Notes under the pieces: model-generated | Seen by the model: only the letters and a program-made list of their open reading frames with translations | What the model was told of the DNA's origin: nothing | The model's database searches: none | Program-made: the position numbers and the translations under genes | Source: the human T2T-CHM13v2.0 reference genome, Homo sapiens | Strand: one strand, 5' to 3' | Assembly: GCF_009914755.1 (NCBI RefSeq) | Contig: NC_060936.1 | DNA length: 64,000 nt | Shown: piece by piece, positions 12,519 to 26,969 of the stretch | How the letters are laid out: each line of letters begins with the position of its first letter | Numbering within the stretch: the first letter of the stretch is position 1

Positions 12519-12824
12519 TTTTTTTTTTTTTTTGAGACAGAGTCTCACTCTTTCACCCAGGCTAGAGTGCAGTGGAGCAATCTCGGCTCACTGCAGCCTC
12601 TGCCGCCCAGTTTCAAGTGAGGTTCAAGTGATTTTCCTGCCTCAGCCTCCTGAGTAGCTGGGATTACAGGCACATGCCACTGTGCCTGGCTAATTTTTGT
12701 ATTTTTAGTAGAGACTGGGTTTCACCGTATTGGTCAGGCTGGTCTTGAACTCCTGACCTCGTGATCCACCTGCCTTGGCCTCACAAAGTGCTGGGATTAC
12801 AGGCATGAGCCACCATGCCCAACC
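12519..12824 (-). mobile_element. AluS
   Basis: TSD gatgtag. Small internal duplication ttcaagtga. Confidence 0.92.
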
Positions 12825-13436
12825 AGATGTAGAATTTTATATGAATTTTATATGTATCTTAGAGGTCAGTCTTGTTAATTGTGTTATTCAGGTCTTTTAT
12901 GTTCTTGCTAATATTTTGACTACTTGATCTATCATAACTGAGAAACAAAGATATGTTGAAATTTCCTCTAGTGACAATAATTCTACTGACTTTTGTTTAT
13001 ATATTTTATACCTATTAAATCCATTGTTTTATAATCATTGTATCTTTTAGGTTGATATATCAATATGTAGAAACCTCTATCCATAATGATGTTTATGTAA
13101 ATCTATTTGGGCTATTATTTATACAGCTACAAGATTTTTTTTTAATTGCTTCTTATTCTTTTACCATCATCAACACTTCCTCATGAATTAGGAATACCTG
13201 TTATCAAGATCGCATATTTAGATTTTTCAAAAAATAGCCAAACTGAAAAATCTCTGCCTTTAAACTAGCAATTTTGTCCACTTACGTTTATTGTATTTTA
13301 TATAGTCAGACTTGTTTCTACTATCTTAGAATATTATGCCAATTTACTCCCTTCCCTGTTGCCTTTTAATGTTTTCTTATACTTTTTGAATTGATATATT
13401 TATCTCTCTTACAACAAGGCAAATACTGTAGCATAT

Positions 13437-13750
13437 TGCTATGGTCTGAATATTTGTACTGTCTCTGATCCAAAGGTAAAGACTTTGAGAAGTGATTAGG
13501 TCATGAAAGCAGACCCCTCATGAATGGGCTTAGTGTTTTTATAAAAGAGACCCCAGAGAGCTATTTTGCCCTTCCCACTGTGAGATTACTGTAAGAAGAT
13601 GGCCCTCTTCCTGCTGCTGTCCTGATCTCAGACTTTTCAACCTCTGGAACTGTGACAAGTAAATTTCTGTTGTTTATAAGGTACTCAGTTTTGTTGTATG
13701 CTATATTTTGCTATATTTTTAATAGAAGCCCCAAACATACTAAAATACAT
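13437..13750 (+). mobile_element. MLT1A/MST-like LTR
   Basis: tgctatggtctgaatattt ... aaatttctgttgtttataag ... ctaaaataca. Confidence 0.65.
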
Positions 13751-14138
13751 GTTCTCATGTTCTTTGATACGCCTCTTTAACCTTTATACTCTCTGATACT
13801 ATCTCGATTTTCCATCTAAAATTTTAAATTTTAGATATTATATCTATTTTCTTCCCTTTTCTATTTTTGGTCTCATTTTTTAAAAGACAATTACAAAATT
13901 ATCAAGTGTTCTATTCACCTTGTTTTACAAATCTCACACAATATCTTCAGTATTTGATTCTTGTTTTATTGAAGTATATCTTCCGAATTTGATTTCAGTG
14001 TGAATCTTTACGTGCCACACTTTTGAGACCTTATATGCTCAATAATATATTTCCTTATAGTTGAATGACTACATGGCTAAATATAAAATTACAGTTTTAA
14101 TGTTCTCTTACCTCAATACTTCAAAAGTATTATTCATC

Positions 14139-14426
14139 CACGGGGCTCATGCCTATAATCCCAGCACTTTGGGAGGCTGAGGTGGGTGGATCACAAGATC
14201 AGGAGATTGAGACCATCCTGGCTAACATGGTGAAACCCCGTCTCTACTAAAAATACAAAAAAATTAGCTGGGTGTGGTGGTGGGCACCTATAGTCCCAGC
14301 TACTCAGGAGGCTGAGGCAGGAGAATGGCATGAACCCTGGAGGCGGAGCTTGCAGTGAGCTGAGATTGTGTCACTGCACTCCAGCCTGGGCAACAGAGTG
14401 AGACTCTGTCTCAAAAAAAAAAAAAA
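14139..14426 (+). mobile_element. AluY-like
   Basis: TSD aaaagtattatt / aaaagtactatt. Confidence 0.9.
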
Positions 14427-14922
14427 GTACTATTAATCTTTTGTACATCCACACTTACTGTTTAAAATTGATATGCTTTCTTTTCTGAAAGACTTCAAAT
14501 TTTTTTCTTGTCATTGATATTCTTATGTTTTACTAAACTTTCTCCATATATATGTGTGTCCCTATGTCTTTTGCTGGGTGTTCAACAGGCACTCTCAATC
14601 TGAGGTTTTCACATTTTTGTTGAATATTGGAAAATTTGCATTTATTTTATTTTTTAAATTTTCTCCTCTTCAACTTATTATACTCCTTTTAAGGAATTCA
14701 TTATTAAGTTATTGTTAATTTTAATTAAAATCTTTGTACACTTTAAACATATATATATAGTATATAAGTTGTGTGTATATATATGTGTGTGTGTGTATAT
14801 ATACACCTTAAACTTTGTATACCTTAAACTTAAAGATATTTATATATACATAAGTGTAAGTTATATAAAGATACCTTACATATATATATGTATGTATTTC
14901 CAAATTTTTAAATAAAATTTCT

Positions 14923-15231
<309 letters not shown>

Positions 15232-15372
15232 TTAATTGATAACCCCCAAATCATTCAGGAGCAGATTGTTTATTTTCCATGTATTTGTGTAGTTTTAGGA
15301 GTTCCTTCTGGAGTTGATTTCTAGTTTTATTCCACTATGGTCTGAAAAAAATAGTTGATATGATTTCAATTA

Positions 15373-15682
<310 letters not shown>

Positions 15683-16253
15683 GCACCAGTTCTATCCCTC
15701 TAAGTTTCAGAGATGGATTCATTGCTAACCAAGGTGATGGAAGCCATTTTATTATCCAGCAAGACTTAGACTATGTCATTGAGCTCACCGGGCTGATTGT
15801 GACCCTATGTACAAGGTAGCCACATGGGAGAAGCAGATCTACACATACTGTTAAGATGGTCTTGTACGATTCTACCAGCTTTCTGACCTCTGACCTCTTG
15901 GAAAGAGCAGCCCCAGTTAGTGAAAAGGTTTGACCCTGATCAAACCTTTTGTTTGATCATCAGTCCTTAATGTCTTGGGCGCCCCTTGGAAATCACAGAA
16001 AGTCAGCTGTCCTGGCTATATGGGACTCTCATCCCAAGACCTACTTTGAACTGAGTAAGAAGCTCACCTGTGACTACCGCATTTGTCTCAACTTCTCCTT
16101 CTGTAAACTCACCCCAGCAACACAGGGCAAGGATATAGATGCTTCAGTTTGTTCTTTTGTGTTAAATGTTTACAAGGACCTCAGAACTAAAGCCTGTTCT
16201 CTGGAGGAAATAAAGAAAATATGTTTGGAGGTGCCTGAATATGAAAAAAAAAA
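15683..16253 (+). pseudogene. 5'-truncated processed pseudogene of PAAF1 (WDR71): C-terminal ~70 codons, 3'UTR and poly(A)
   Basis: Translation across two 1-nt frameshifts gives [68 protein letters not shown], matching the PAAF1 C-terminus as recalled (...APVLSLLSVRDGFIASQGDGSCFIVQQDLDYVTELTGADCDPVYKVATWEKQIYTCCRDGLVRRYQLSDL). Premature TAA 15852-15854, native TGA 15891-15893, AATAAA 16209-16214, A10 tail 16244-16253. Confidence 0.88.
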
Positions 16254-17892
16254 TTGAGATTTGTTTTGTGATGTATCATATGATCTATATTTGAGAATGT
16301 TCCATGTGTTGATGACAAGAATGTATATTCTGCAGTTCTTGGGTAGAATGTTCTGTAATATCTGTTAGGCTCATTTGTTCTAGAGTGTAGTTTAAGTACA
16401 TTGTTTTTGTTGACTTTCTCTCTAGATCATCTGTCTAGTGCGGTCAGTGAAGTTTTTAAGTTCTCCACTATAATTGTGTTGCTGTCTACTGATTTCTTAG
16501 GTCTAGTAGTAATTGTTTTATGAATCTGGGAGCTCCATTGTTAGGTGCATAAAAATTTAATCTTTTTTTGTTGGATTGATTTCTTCTATCATTATATAAT
16601 CATCTTCCTTGTCTTTTTTTTTTTTAACTGTTGTTCCATTCTGTGGAAATCGAAATCAAAAAGTGAGCAGGAGCTATTCTTATATCAGATAAAACAGACT
16701 TTAAAGCAACAACAGTTACACATATTTATTTCACATATTCCAATTTTTTTTCATTTTCATAGCTTACTTCTTTTGGTAACATTTACTGTATTTTCATTTA
16801 CTATGACATTGTTTTCCTTTATATCAAAGAGAATAGTTAGAATAGTTCTTTCAAAATTCTGGTCAGTGATTCCAACATATGTGCCATCTATGGGTTGGTT
16901 TTTGTTGATTGTCATTTCTCATGAGAATATCTCACATTTTCCTGGACCTTCACATGTGGATAATTTTGAACATTGTTATATTCTTCCAAAGAGTGTTATT
17001 CTTTAGTTAGTTAGTTAGTTTCTTTGTTTTATAAGGTATTTAACTTCATTGACTTGGAATTGCAAACTATGTGTTGGTGTTTTAATCAGCTCAGGTGCTA
17101 AAACAAAAACCATCAACATATATATTTGAAGGATATGCAAACATTCAGTCCTTAACAGATGGTAATAAAAACAATGACAATGAGTGAGTTTGCCCAGAAA
17201 AAGTATATGAAGTAAAAAGAGGAGAGTGTCTGAAACAAATCCCTGGAAGAACAGGGGATAACCAGAATAACATAATCCATGGATACTTGTGAGGAATGAT
17301 GCAAAAAACAGGATTTGAGTCATGCAGGTGTAGTCAACTCTAAGCTTCTACTGGAAAGGACACAAAGGAGAGTTATGGGAAAGAGAAGGTTCAGTGGGGC
17401 AGGGGAGTTATTTTTTAAAATAAAATAAACTGTAGAAGCTTAGAACTGTCTTCTGACTGTAAGTCCAGAAATTTTACCGTATTACACTAATGAACAGCTT
17501 GCCGTGACTGCAGGTAAATAGAGACTTTACCTCTTATCTCGATGCCAGTTGTCTCTTCCTGCCAGTGACACATTAAAATCTCTCTGACAATTATGTACAT
17601 TTGTATCTCTGTTTTGTTTTTATTTGAATGAACTTAAAGCAGAGAGCTGGAGGTTGGTAGTTCACAATTTTAATAAAAATAGAAATTTATCAAGCTTACT
17701 GTGAAGCTAGCGCTTCATGTTCCTGGAGGTATTTAGAAAGCCTCGCATATGCCCAGGGTAGTAGACTCACTTGTAAAACACCTGAGAAGACCATAAGCTT
17801 TTACCTAAGGCTGATCCTCAGGCTCAGCCCAAGGCTTACCAAAGGCGGAAGAATTAAAAAAAAATAGCTAAAATAAAAATTTATAAGAAAAG

Positions 17893-18242
17893 AGTTATGG
17901 ACTGAATATTTGTGCCTTCCTTGCCAATTACATATTGAAACCCTGAGCCCAAGGTGTTGGTATTTGAGGCCTTTGGCAGGTAAATAGATCATGAGAGAGG
18001 AACCCTTCATGATGGGATTTGTGCCCTTAGATAATGTGAGAAAGCCAACTAAATTTTTCCCTCCCTGTGAGGGTACGAGTAGAAGCTAGCTGTCTTCAAC
18101 CTAAAAGAGGGCCTTCACCAGAATTCAACTGTGTTGGCCCCTTGATCTCAGACAACCCAGCTTTCAGAATTATGAAATACACGTTTATTTCTCAACCCAT
18201 TTAGTCTATAGTAATTTATTATAGCAGCCTGGACTAAAACCA
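17893..18242 (+). mobile_element. MLT1A-like LTR
   Basis: gttatggactgaatatttgtg ... atagcagcctggactaaaac. Confidence 0.65.
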
Positions 18243-20348
18243 AAATTCAATGGCAACCTTAAGCAGGCAGAATACAGAATCATCAAATTTTAAGATAGGC
18301 CAATTGAAAATTTCAGTCTGAGAAGCAGAAAATATATATATATATATGAAGAAAAGTGAACAAAACCTAAGGACCTGTCATATACCATCAGGTGAACCAG
18401 GATACAAATTACAGGGATTTCAGAAGGAGGATAGAGAGAGAAAAGGGAAAAAAGAATATTTGAAAAATGGGCTGGCTGAGAACACCACAAATTTGATGAA
18501 AGACATAAATCTCAATAGCCTAGAAGCTTAAGGAACTCCAAGTAAAAAAACTGAAAGAAATTCACTTTGAGATATTTTGTAATCAAACCATGAAAAGTCA
18601 AAATAATAATAATAATACAGAATCTTGGAAGCAGCTAGAATGGGAATCATCATGTACAAGTGCTGTCCCATAAGATTAATAACTAATTTCTTGTCAGAAA
18701 CTATGGAGACTAGTGAATGATATATTTAATAAGGGGCTGATATTCAAAATCTACAAAGAACACTTAAAACTCAATGATAAGAAAACAGCCAATTATAAAA
18801 TGGGAAAAAGATCTGAACAGATACCTTACTGATGGGCATATACAGATGGTAAACAACTATATGAAAACATGTTCAACATAATATGTCAATAGTGAATTGC
18901 CAATTCAAACAATGAGCTTTCATTACATACTTATTAGAGTGAGTAACATTCCAAACACAAAAAATGCCAAATGCTGGCAAATATGAGGAGCAACCAGAAT
19001 TCTCATTTATTGCTGGTAGGAATGCAAAATGGTAGAGCCACTTTGTAAAACAATCTGATAGTTTCTTATGAATCTAAAGACAGGCTTACTGTACAATCCT
19101 GCAGTCATAGACCTTAGTATTTACCCAAATGACTTGAAAACTTATATCCACATAAAAGCCTGCACACAAGTGTTATAGCAGCTTTATTCATGATTGTCAT
19201 GACTTAAAAGCAACCAAGATATCTTTCAATAGGTGAATAGGTAAACAAACTGTGATACAGTCCAACAGTGTAATTTTTTTTAGTGATTAAAAAGAAATGG
19301 AACATCAAGTCATAAAAATACATGGAAAGACATCCAAAACATAACTGTAAGCAAAGAAGCAAATCTTAAAATGTTATATATTGTAAGATTTCAAATATAT
19401 GAGATTCTGGAGAAGAAAAATCTAAAGAAAGGAATGTGTTCAGTAGTTGCCAAGTGTTTGAGGAAGAGAGGAAGAAAGAAAGAAACAGTGCAGAGGATTT
19501 TTAGGTAAGGGAGACTATTCTTTATGATACAGTAATGAAGAAGACCTATCAATATATATTTATCAGAATCGATAGACTGTAAAACACACCAAGTGAACCC
19601 TAATGTAATAATGCATCCAAATTGGTTCATCAGTGTAAACAAATGTACCACACCAATAGAAGGTAAACATAATAGTAGGGGAAACTGTGTGTGGATAGAG
19701 GGAATATGTGGAAGCTCTCTGTAATTTATGGTCAAATTTTTTTTTTGTAAATCTAAATTGCTCTAAAAAATAAAGTCTATTAAGTATATTAAAAAAATTT
19801 TCAAGAATATACTAGCCAATTCATTCCAACAGCACATTTAAAAGATTGTACACCATAACAAAGATGGATTCATCCTGGAAATTTAAGCATGATTAAATAC
19901 ATGAAACTCAAAGGAATGCAATATATTAAACAAAGAAAAAAGCCACATGACCATCTTACTAGATGCATTTGACAAAAATCCAACACCCTTTCTCAACACA
20001 AACACCCAGAAAACTAGTAATATAAGGGACCTCTCTCAACATGATAAGAGCATTTATGAAAAATCTTCAGCTGGCATCATATTTGATATTGAAAGACTGA
20101 AAGTTTTGTCCCTGTAATTAAAAACAATACAAGAATATTCATTTTTACTAATGCTATTCAAGATTGTTCTAGAAGTTCTAGCCAGATCCATTAGACAAGA
20201 AAAAGAAACAAAAGGCATTCAAATTAGAAAGAAGGAAAACTGTCTTTATTTACAGATAACATAATTATATGTAAAGAGAAGCCCAAAGAATCCACAAGAA
20301 ATCTACTAGAGCTAATAAATAATTAAAGAAAAATTACATAGTAGAAAA

Positions 20349-20388
<40 letters not shown>

Positions 20389-20790
20389 TACTTGTGTTTC
20401 TGTACACCAGGAATAAGCATTGAAAAATAATTAAAGGAGTAAATCCATTTATCATAGCATCTCAAAAATATATATAGGAACAAATTTAAACAAAAAGGTT
20501 AAAAAAAATCACACACTGTAAACTATAAAACATTGCTTAAAAAATTAAAGACCCACATAAATGGAAAAACATCCAGTGTTTATAGATTATAAAATTTAGT
20601 ATTTTTGAAATGACAATGCTACCCAGATTTCTCTACAGATTTACCGCACATTCTATCTAAATCCCAACAGCCTTTTTTTTTTTTTTTTTCTTGCAGACAT
20701 GGAAAAATCCATACTGAAAGTCATATGAAATGGCAAGGGTCCCCAAATAAACAAAATAATATTGAAAAAATAACAAAGTTGGAAAAAAAT
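18243..20790 (+). mobile_element. Sense-oriented old L1M fragments (ORF1 piece, 3'UTR piece ~18735-19790, ORF2 piece)
   Basis: ORF 18346-18531 (LAENTTNLMKDIN, ORF1-like). ORF2-like tagaagttctagccag at ~20170. Confidence 0.7.
20350..20383. repeat. (CA)17 microsatellite
   Basis: Direct read. Confidence 0.97.
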
Positions 20791-20869
20791 TTTTAAAACT
20801 TTTATTTTAACTTCAGGGGTACATGTACCAGTTAGTTATATAGGTAAATTGTGTGTTGCAGATGTTTGA

Positions 20870-21221
<352 letters not shown>

Positions 21222-22830
21222 GATGTACAGATTATTTTATCAGCCAAGTAATAAGCATAGTACTTGATAAGTAGTTTTTCTATTCGCTGTATTCTCCTAA
21301 CTTCCACCCTCAGGTAGCCACAATGTCTATTGTTCCCTTCTTTGTATCCATATGTACTTAATTTTTTGTTCACACTTACAAGTGAGAACGTGCAATATTT
21401 GATTTTCTGTTCCTGTGTTAGTTTGCTTAGGATAATGGCCACCAGCTTCATCCATGTTGCTGGAATACAATTGCTGGGTTGAATGATAATTCTATTTTAA
21501 GTTCTTTGAGAAATTGCCAAAGTGCTTTTCACAATGGTTGAGCTAATTTACACTCCCACCATCAAGGTATAAGTGTTCCCTTTTCTTCACAACTTCACCA
21601 GCATCTGTTATTTTTTGACTTGTTAATAATAGCCATTCTGACTAGCATGAGATGATATCTCATTGTGGTTTTGATTTGCATTATCATATTTTATTTATCT
21701 ATTCATTTGTCAATGAACATTTTAGTTGCTTCTACCTCTTGGCTATTGTAAATAATGCTGTGATGAACGTGGGTGTGTGAAAATCTCTTCAAGATCCCAG
21801 TTTGAATTTCTTTGAATATATACACAGAAGAAGGATTGATGGCTTCTATGGTAATTCTGCTTGTAACTTTTTTGTGAAAACTCCAACCTAGTTTTCATGA
21901 TGGCAGCACTATTTTACATTTCAAACAACAAACACAGTGGATCCAACTTTTTCACATACTTATTAACATTTGTTGTTTTTCTTTGAATAGTGAGTATTCT
22001 GATGAGCGTGGGGTGATAGCTCATGGTAGTTTTGATTTGCATTTCCCTTATGATTAGTGATGTTGAGCATCTTTTCATATGTTTATTGGCCATTTATACA
22101 TCTTGTTTGGAGAAATGTTTATTCAAGTCCTTTGTCCATTTTTTAGTTGCATTATTTGTTTTTTGTTGTTGTTAAGTTGCAGAAGTTACTTATATATTCT
22201 GGGTATTAGCTCCTTATTAAATATGGGATTTGCAATTATTTTCTGCCATTCTATAGGTTAAATTTTCATCTTGTTTCTTTTTATGTGCAGAGGTCTTTAA
22301 GTTTGATGTAGTCACATTTGTCTATTTTTTATTTTGTTGCCTGTCCTTTGGGTGTCATACTCAAGAAATTATTGTCAAATCAAATGTTCTGAAGCATTTT
22401 CTCTGTATTTTCTTCTAAGAGTGTAAGGTCTTACATTTAGGCATTTAATCCATTTTGAGTTAGTTTTCACATATGGTGTAAGACAATGGGTCAACTTCAT
22501 TCCTTTGTATGTGGATATCCAGTTTTCTCAACATCAATTGTTAAAGAGACTGTCCTCTCCCTGTCATGCAGTGTTGGCACCCTTGTTGAAAATCACTTGT
22601 CCATATAGGCAACAGTTCATTTCTGAACTCTATTCTATTCCATTGTTTTATATGACTATCTTTATTTCAGTACACACCATCTTAATTACAGTTGCTCTGC
22701 AGTATATTTTGAAAGCAGGAAATATGAAGCATCCAGCTGTGTTATTCTTCAAGATTATTTTGGCTACGCAGGATGCCTTTGGATTCTCTGTAAATTTTAT
22801 ATTTGTTTTTTCTATTTCTATACAAATGCT

Positions 22831-23130
22831 GGCTAGGAATGGTGGTTCATACCTGTATCCCCAGGGCTTTGGAAGTCTGAGGCTGGAGGATCACTTGAGG
22901 CCAGAAGTTTGAGACTAGCTCTAGTCCAAGCAACACGGCAAGATGCCACATCTTTAAAAAAAAATAATTAGTTAGGCATAGTGGTGCACAGCTGTAGTAC
23001 CAGCTATTGAGGAGGCTGAGGTGGGAGGATTGATAGAGCCCAAGAGGTTGGGACTGCAGTGAGCCATTATCACTCCATTGTACTCCAGACTGGGCAACAG
23101 AGCAAGACTCTGTAAAAATTCAAAATTTAA
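22831..23130 (+). mobile_element. AluJ
   Basis: Diverged dimer with ggaggatcacttgaggccag and gtgggaggattg. Confidence 0.85.
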
Positions 23131-25671
23131 AAAATTAAATGGCATTGAAATTAAAATCTGTAGATGAGTTTGGATAGTATGGATGTTTTAACAATACTAA
23201 ATCTTCCAATCTATGAGAATTGAATGTTTCCCATTTATTTGTGTTTTATTTATTTTGGTAATATTTAATAGGTTTCAGTGTAAAAATCTTCACTTTGTCA
23301 TTTAAGTTTATTCCTAAGTGTTTTATCTTTTTTATGATCTAGTGAGATTTTCTTAATTTCCTTTTGAAATGTTCATTGGTAGTGCATAGAAACACTTCTT
23401 AATTTTGAATGTTGATTTGTGTCCTGCAACTTTGCTAAATGTGTTTATTTTTTCTAAATTTTTTTTGGTAGAATCTTTACATATAAGATGATGTCATCTG
23501 TGAGCAGAGATAATTTTATTTCTTTTCCAATCTGAATGCATTTTATTTCTTTTTCTTGTTTAATTTCTTTTCCTAGAACTTCCAGCAGTAGGTTGAATTA
23601 ATATTAATGTTAGGAGTGGGCATCTTGTCAAATGTTTTTTCTGCATTAATTGAGATGATCATGTGGTTTTGTCCTTCATTTTGTGAATGTGATGTATTAT
23701 GCTGATTTAATTTTGTATGTTAAACCATCCTTGTATTCCAGGTATATATTTTGCTGGATCATGATGTGATTTTTTAAAATATGCTGTTGAATTCAGTCTG
23801 CTAGTATTACATTTAGGATTTTTGTATCAATATTCACCAGGAATATTTTTCTGTAGTTTTCTTTTTTTCTGTCTTTATGTTATTTTGGTATTAGGGTAAT
23901 TCTGGCCACATTAAGTGAATTTTGGAGTTTCTTTCAAAAGTATTGGTGTTACTTATTCTTTAGGAGTTTGGTAAAATTCTCTAGTGAAGACATTGGTTAC
24001 TGGTTTTATCTTTTTTGGAAGTATTTGATACTGCTTCAATGTCCTAATTATAGTTCTGTTCAGATTTTTAAAATTGAATCATAATTCAATTTTAGTAGGT
24101 TGTATGTTTCTAGGAATGTATTCATTTATTCTATGTTTTCCAGTTTGTTGGCTTATAATTGTTCATAGTCATCTCTTATAATTCTTTTTAATTTCTGAGA
24201 CAGCCGTTGTAATGCCTGCTCTTTCAGTTCTAATTTTAGCTATTTAAGTCTCTCTCTCTTTTTTATTTTAGCTAAAGGTCTCTCAGTTTTGTTGATATAT
24301 TCAAAAGACCAACTTGGGTTCATTAATTTTTTTCTGTTGTTTTTGTTTATTTTCTATTTTATTTTTTCTACTCTAATGTTTAATATTTTCTTCGTCTCTT
24401 AATTTCAGGTTTGTTTTTATTTTCCTGGTTCCTTGATGGATACAGTTATGTTATTTATTTGAGATTTTTCTTTCCTTAATATCAATTTATAAACTTTCCC
24501 TTTAGTGCTGCTTCCACTGCATCACATAAGTTTTGGTTTCTTGTGTTTTCATTTTCATTTTTCCTCAGATATTTTATTAATTCTTGTTATTCCTCCTTTG
24601 ACCCATTGGTTGTGTAAGAAAGAATTTTTTAATTTCACATATCTGTGGATTTTCTTGTTTTATTCCTGCTTTTAAATACTATTTTCATTGCACTGTAGGA
24701 GAAAAGATACTTAATATAATTACAACATTTTTAATTTGTTAAGATTTGTTGTGTGGGCCACAGTGGTCTATCTTGGAGAATGTTCCATTTCTGCTGGAGA
24801 AAAGATGTATTCTGTTGTTATTTGATAGAGAGTGCTCTATTTGTCTGTTAGGTTAATTGGTCTATCATGTTCAAGTCATTTGATTCCTATGATAGTCTCC
24901 CTGGTTGTTCTGTATATGAATGAATGCAGGATATTGAAGTATCATTATTATTATTATTATTATGTTACTGTCCATTTTTCCTTCAGTTGTATCTATGTTT
25001 GTTTCATATATCTCATTGCTTTAGTTTTAGGTGCAGATCTATTTATAATTGTTGGCTCTTGCTGGTGAATTGATAATTTTATGCCGCTATAATGTCCTTT
25101 GTCTCCTGAGACAGATTTTGTCATAAAATCTAGTTTTTCTGATATGATTATGGACATACCTGCTCTCTTTAGGTTCCTGTTTGCATCGGATACCTTTGTC
25201 TGTCTTGATACAGTCACTTGTGTTGGTCATAAAATTCCTCTTTGCCTCCACAAAGTTCTATTTTTCAGCTGGCTTCCTGAAAGTGCTACTCCTGCATGCA
25301 CTGCCATTCCCCTCCCAGTTAGCCAGGGCTATTCACATGGAAATAAAGAAAATAGCTCACCATCATGGCCATCTGAGAACAGTGTCTAGCTTCCTATAAA
25401 TCAGTTAATGAAATTAGTTTAAAAATAGCAACCTTAACTATACTCCTCTAGCAATCGAATGTTGTAACCAAGTTAGAAAATCATGCTTTAGTAGTGTACT
25501 GATGATAGTATTATAGGGCTGAGAAGTTTCAACTTGTATAGGGAAAAATGGGTATTTTTTTATGATAATGTTTTCGAGTAAAGAAGAAAAACTGTTTTAG
25601 TTCCATGTACCTATAAACATTATATAGTTCTTTGATTAACCAATTTTCATTTTTTCTTCTATTGTTTTTAG

Positions 25672-25813
25672 ATGTTCTTGGCAGCCCTGTCATTCAGCTA
25701 TATTGCTAAAGCACTAGGTGGAATCATTATGAAAATTTCCATCACTCAAATAGAAAGGAGATTTGACATATCCTCTTCTCTTGCTGGTTTAATTGATGGA
25801 AGCTTTGAAATTG
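25672..25813 (+). CDS. SLCO1B3: SLCO1B3 coding exon c.85-226 (142 bp), [47 protein letters not shown](G)
   Basis: Acceptor ttgtttttag|ATG, donor TTG|gtaact. Translation matches OATP1B3 TM1-2 as recalled ([19 protein letters not shown] is 1B3-type rather than 1B1-type). Confidence 0.97.
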
Positions 25814-25889
25814 GTAACTTTTATTTTTTCTATTTGATAACCATACTTGCATAAGTTGAAAAACAAACTGTTCATGCATGCTTTATATC

Positions 25890-26112
25890 ACTGGGTCTGG
25901 ACTAGGTGTAAATTTGTCTCTCATGGGCAATTTGGCAATATGTTAGGATATTTTTGTTGCTATAAATGGGCTGGGGCAGGGAGGATGCCACTGGTACCTA
26001 GGGGTAGAGGTCAGGTATGCTGCTAAACACTGTGCAATGCACCAGACAGACTTACCAACAAAGAAGTATCCTTCCCAAAATGTCTATAGTGAGGATGTTG
26101 AAAAACTCTGGT
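25890..26112. mobile_element. MER20 (hAT-Charlie)
   Basis: gggcaatttggcaata ... gggtagaggtcaggtatgctgctaaaca ... gttgaaaaactctg. Confidence 0.7.
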
Positions 26113-26969
26113 CCTACACAAACTCATGGTTTGCAAATTAAGTTTTTAGGAAACTTTATCTCCCTTGTCTCAAGGTGCCCCAGTGTGAAGAAAGGTTGAG
26201 GGAGGACTATAATTCTTATGGTTTTAGGTGGAAGGACTGCATAGGAGCAACCTACACTAGATTCTACTGTTTAACTGTGTACAACATTGGGGGTTTAAAG
26301 TCTTTTTTTTTTTTGAACATTGAAGATACTGCTTTGATGTAATCATTTTAATTTGGATTTCTCCAACAATAGTGAGATTTTATATAATAATTGAAAATAT
26401 TATATAATAATTGAAAATAATATATTTTCAATATAATAATTTTTCAAAGAAAAATTAAAATTTTTCTTATTTTACAAACTGCTAGCTTATAGCCTCTGCT
26501 AATTTTCCCTTTTTCTTTTCACTTTCTAATTATTTGGAGGGACCACCAAATTGTCTATTATATAGACTGCAAATATTTTCTACAATTCATGTTTCTATTC
26601 TAACTGTATTTACACAATGCTTAACTAATGACTAAAATGTAATTGTCAAAGGAAGATTTATCTCTTTATATAAATTCAGAATATTTGTGATTCAAAGATA
26701 TGACACTCTACATGTCCTTCACTTGTTTACCTCCCAGGCTCAATGAAATCATCTAGATTTTTAGAATTGGAATGTTATTAGTTTTAACGTTTAATTCACT
26801 GTATGTCTATTTTTATTATGAAATTAATCCTTAACATTTTTGTTAAACTTTGCAGCTATTTAACAGCAATTATTTGAACATCATTATCAGTTTGGTTTCT
26901 TACCTCTATTTCTTGAATCCTGTGACTGCAAATCTCATCTTTACTCTTTCTGGAGTATACCGTCATGTA

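Noticed and set aside
15949-16257. 102-aa ORF
   Set aside because: Lies in the 3'UTR part of the PAAF1 retrocopy, has a non-ATG start and no known protein similarity.
26381-26432. Short direct repeat and hairpin (tatataataattgaaaata x2, ttgaaaat/attttcaa)
   Set aside because: Low-complexity AT sequence, plausible by chance.
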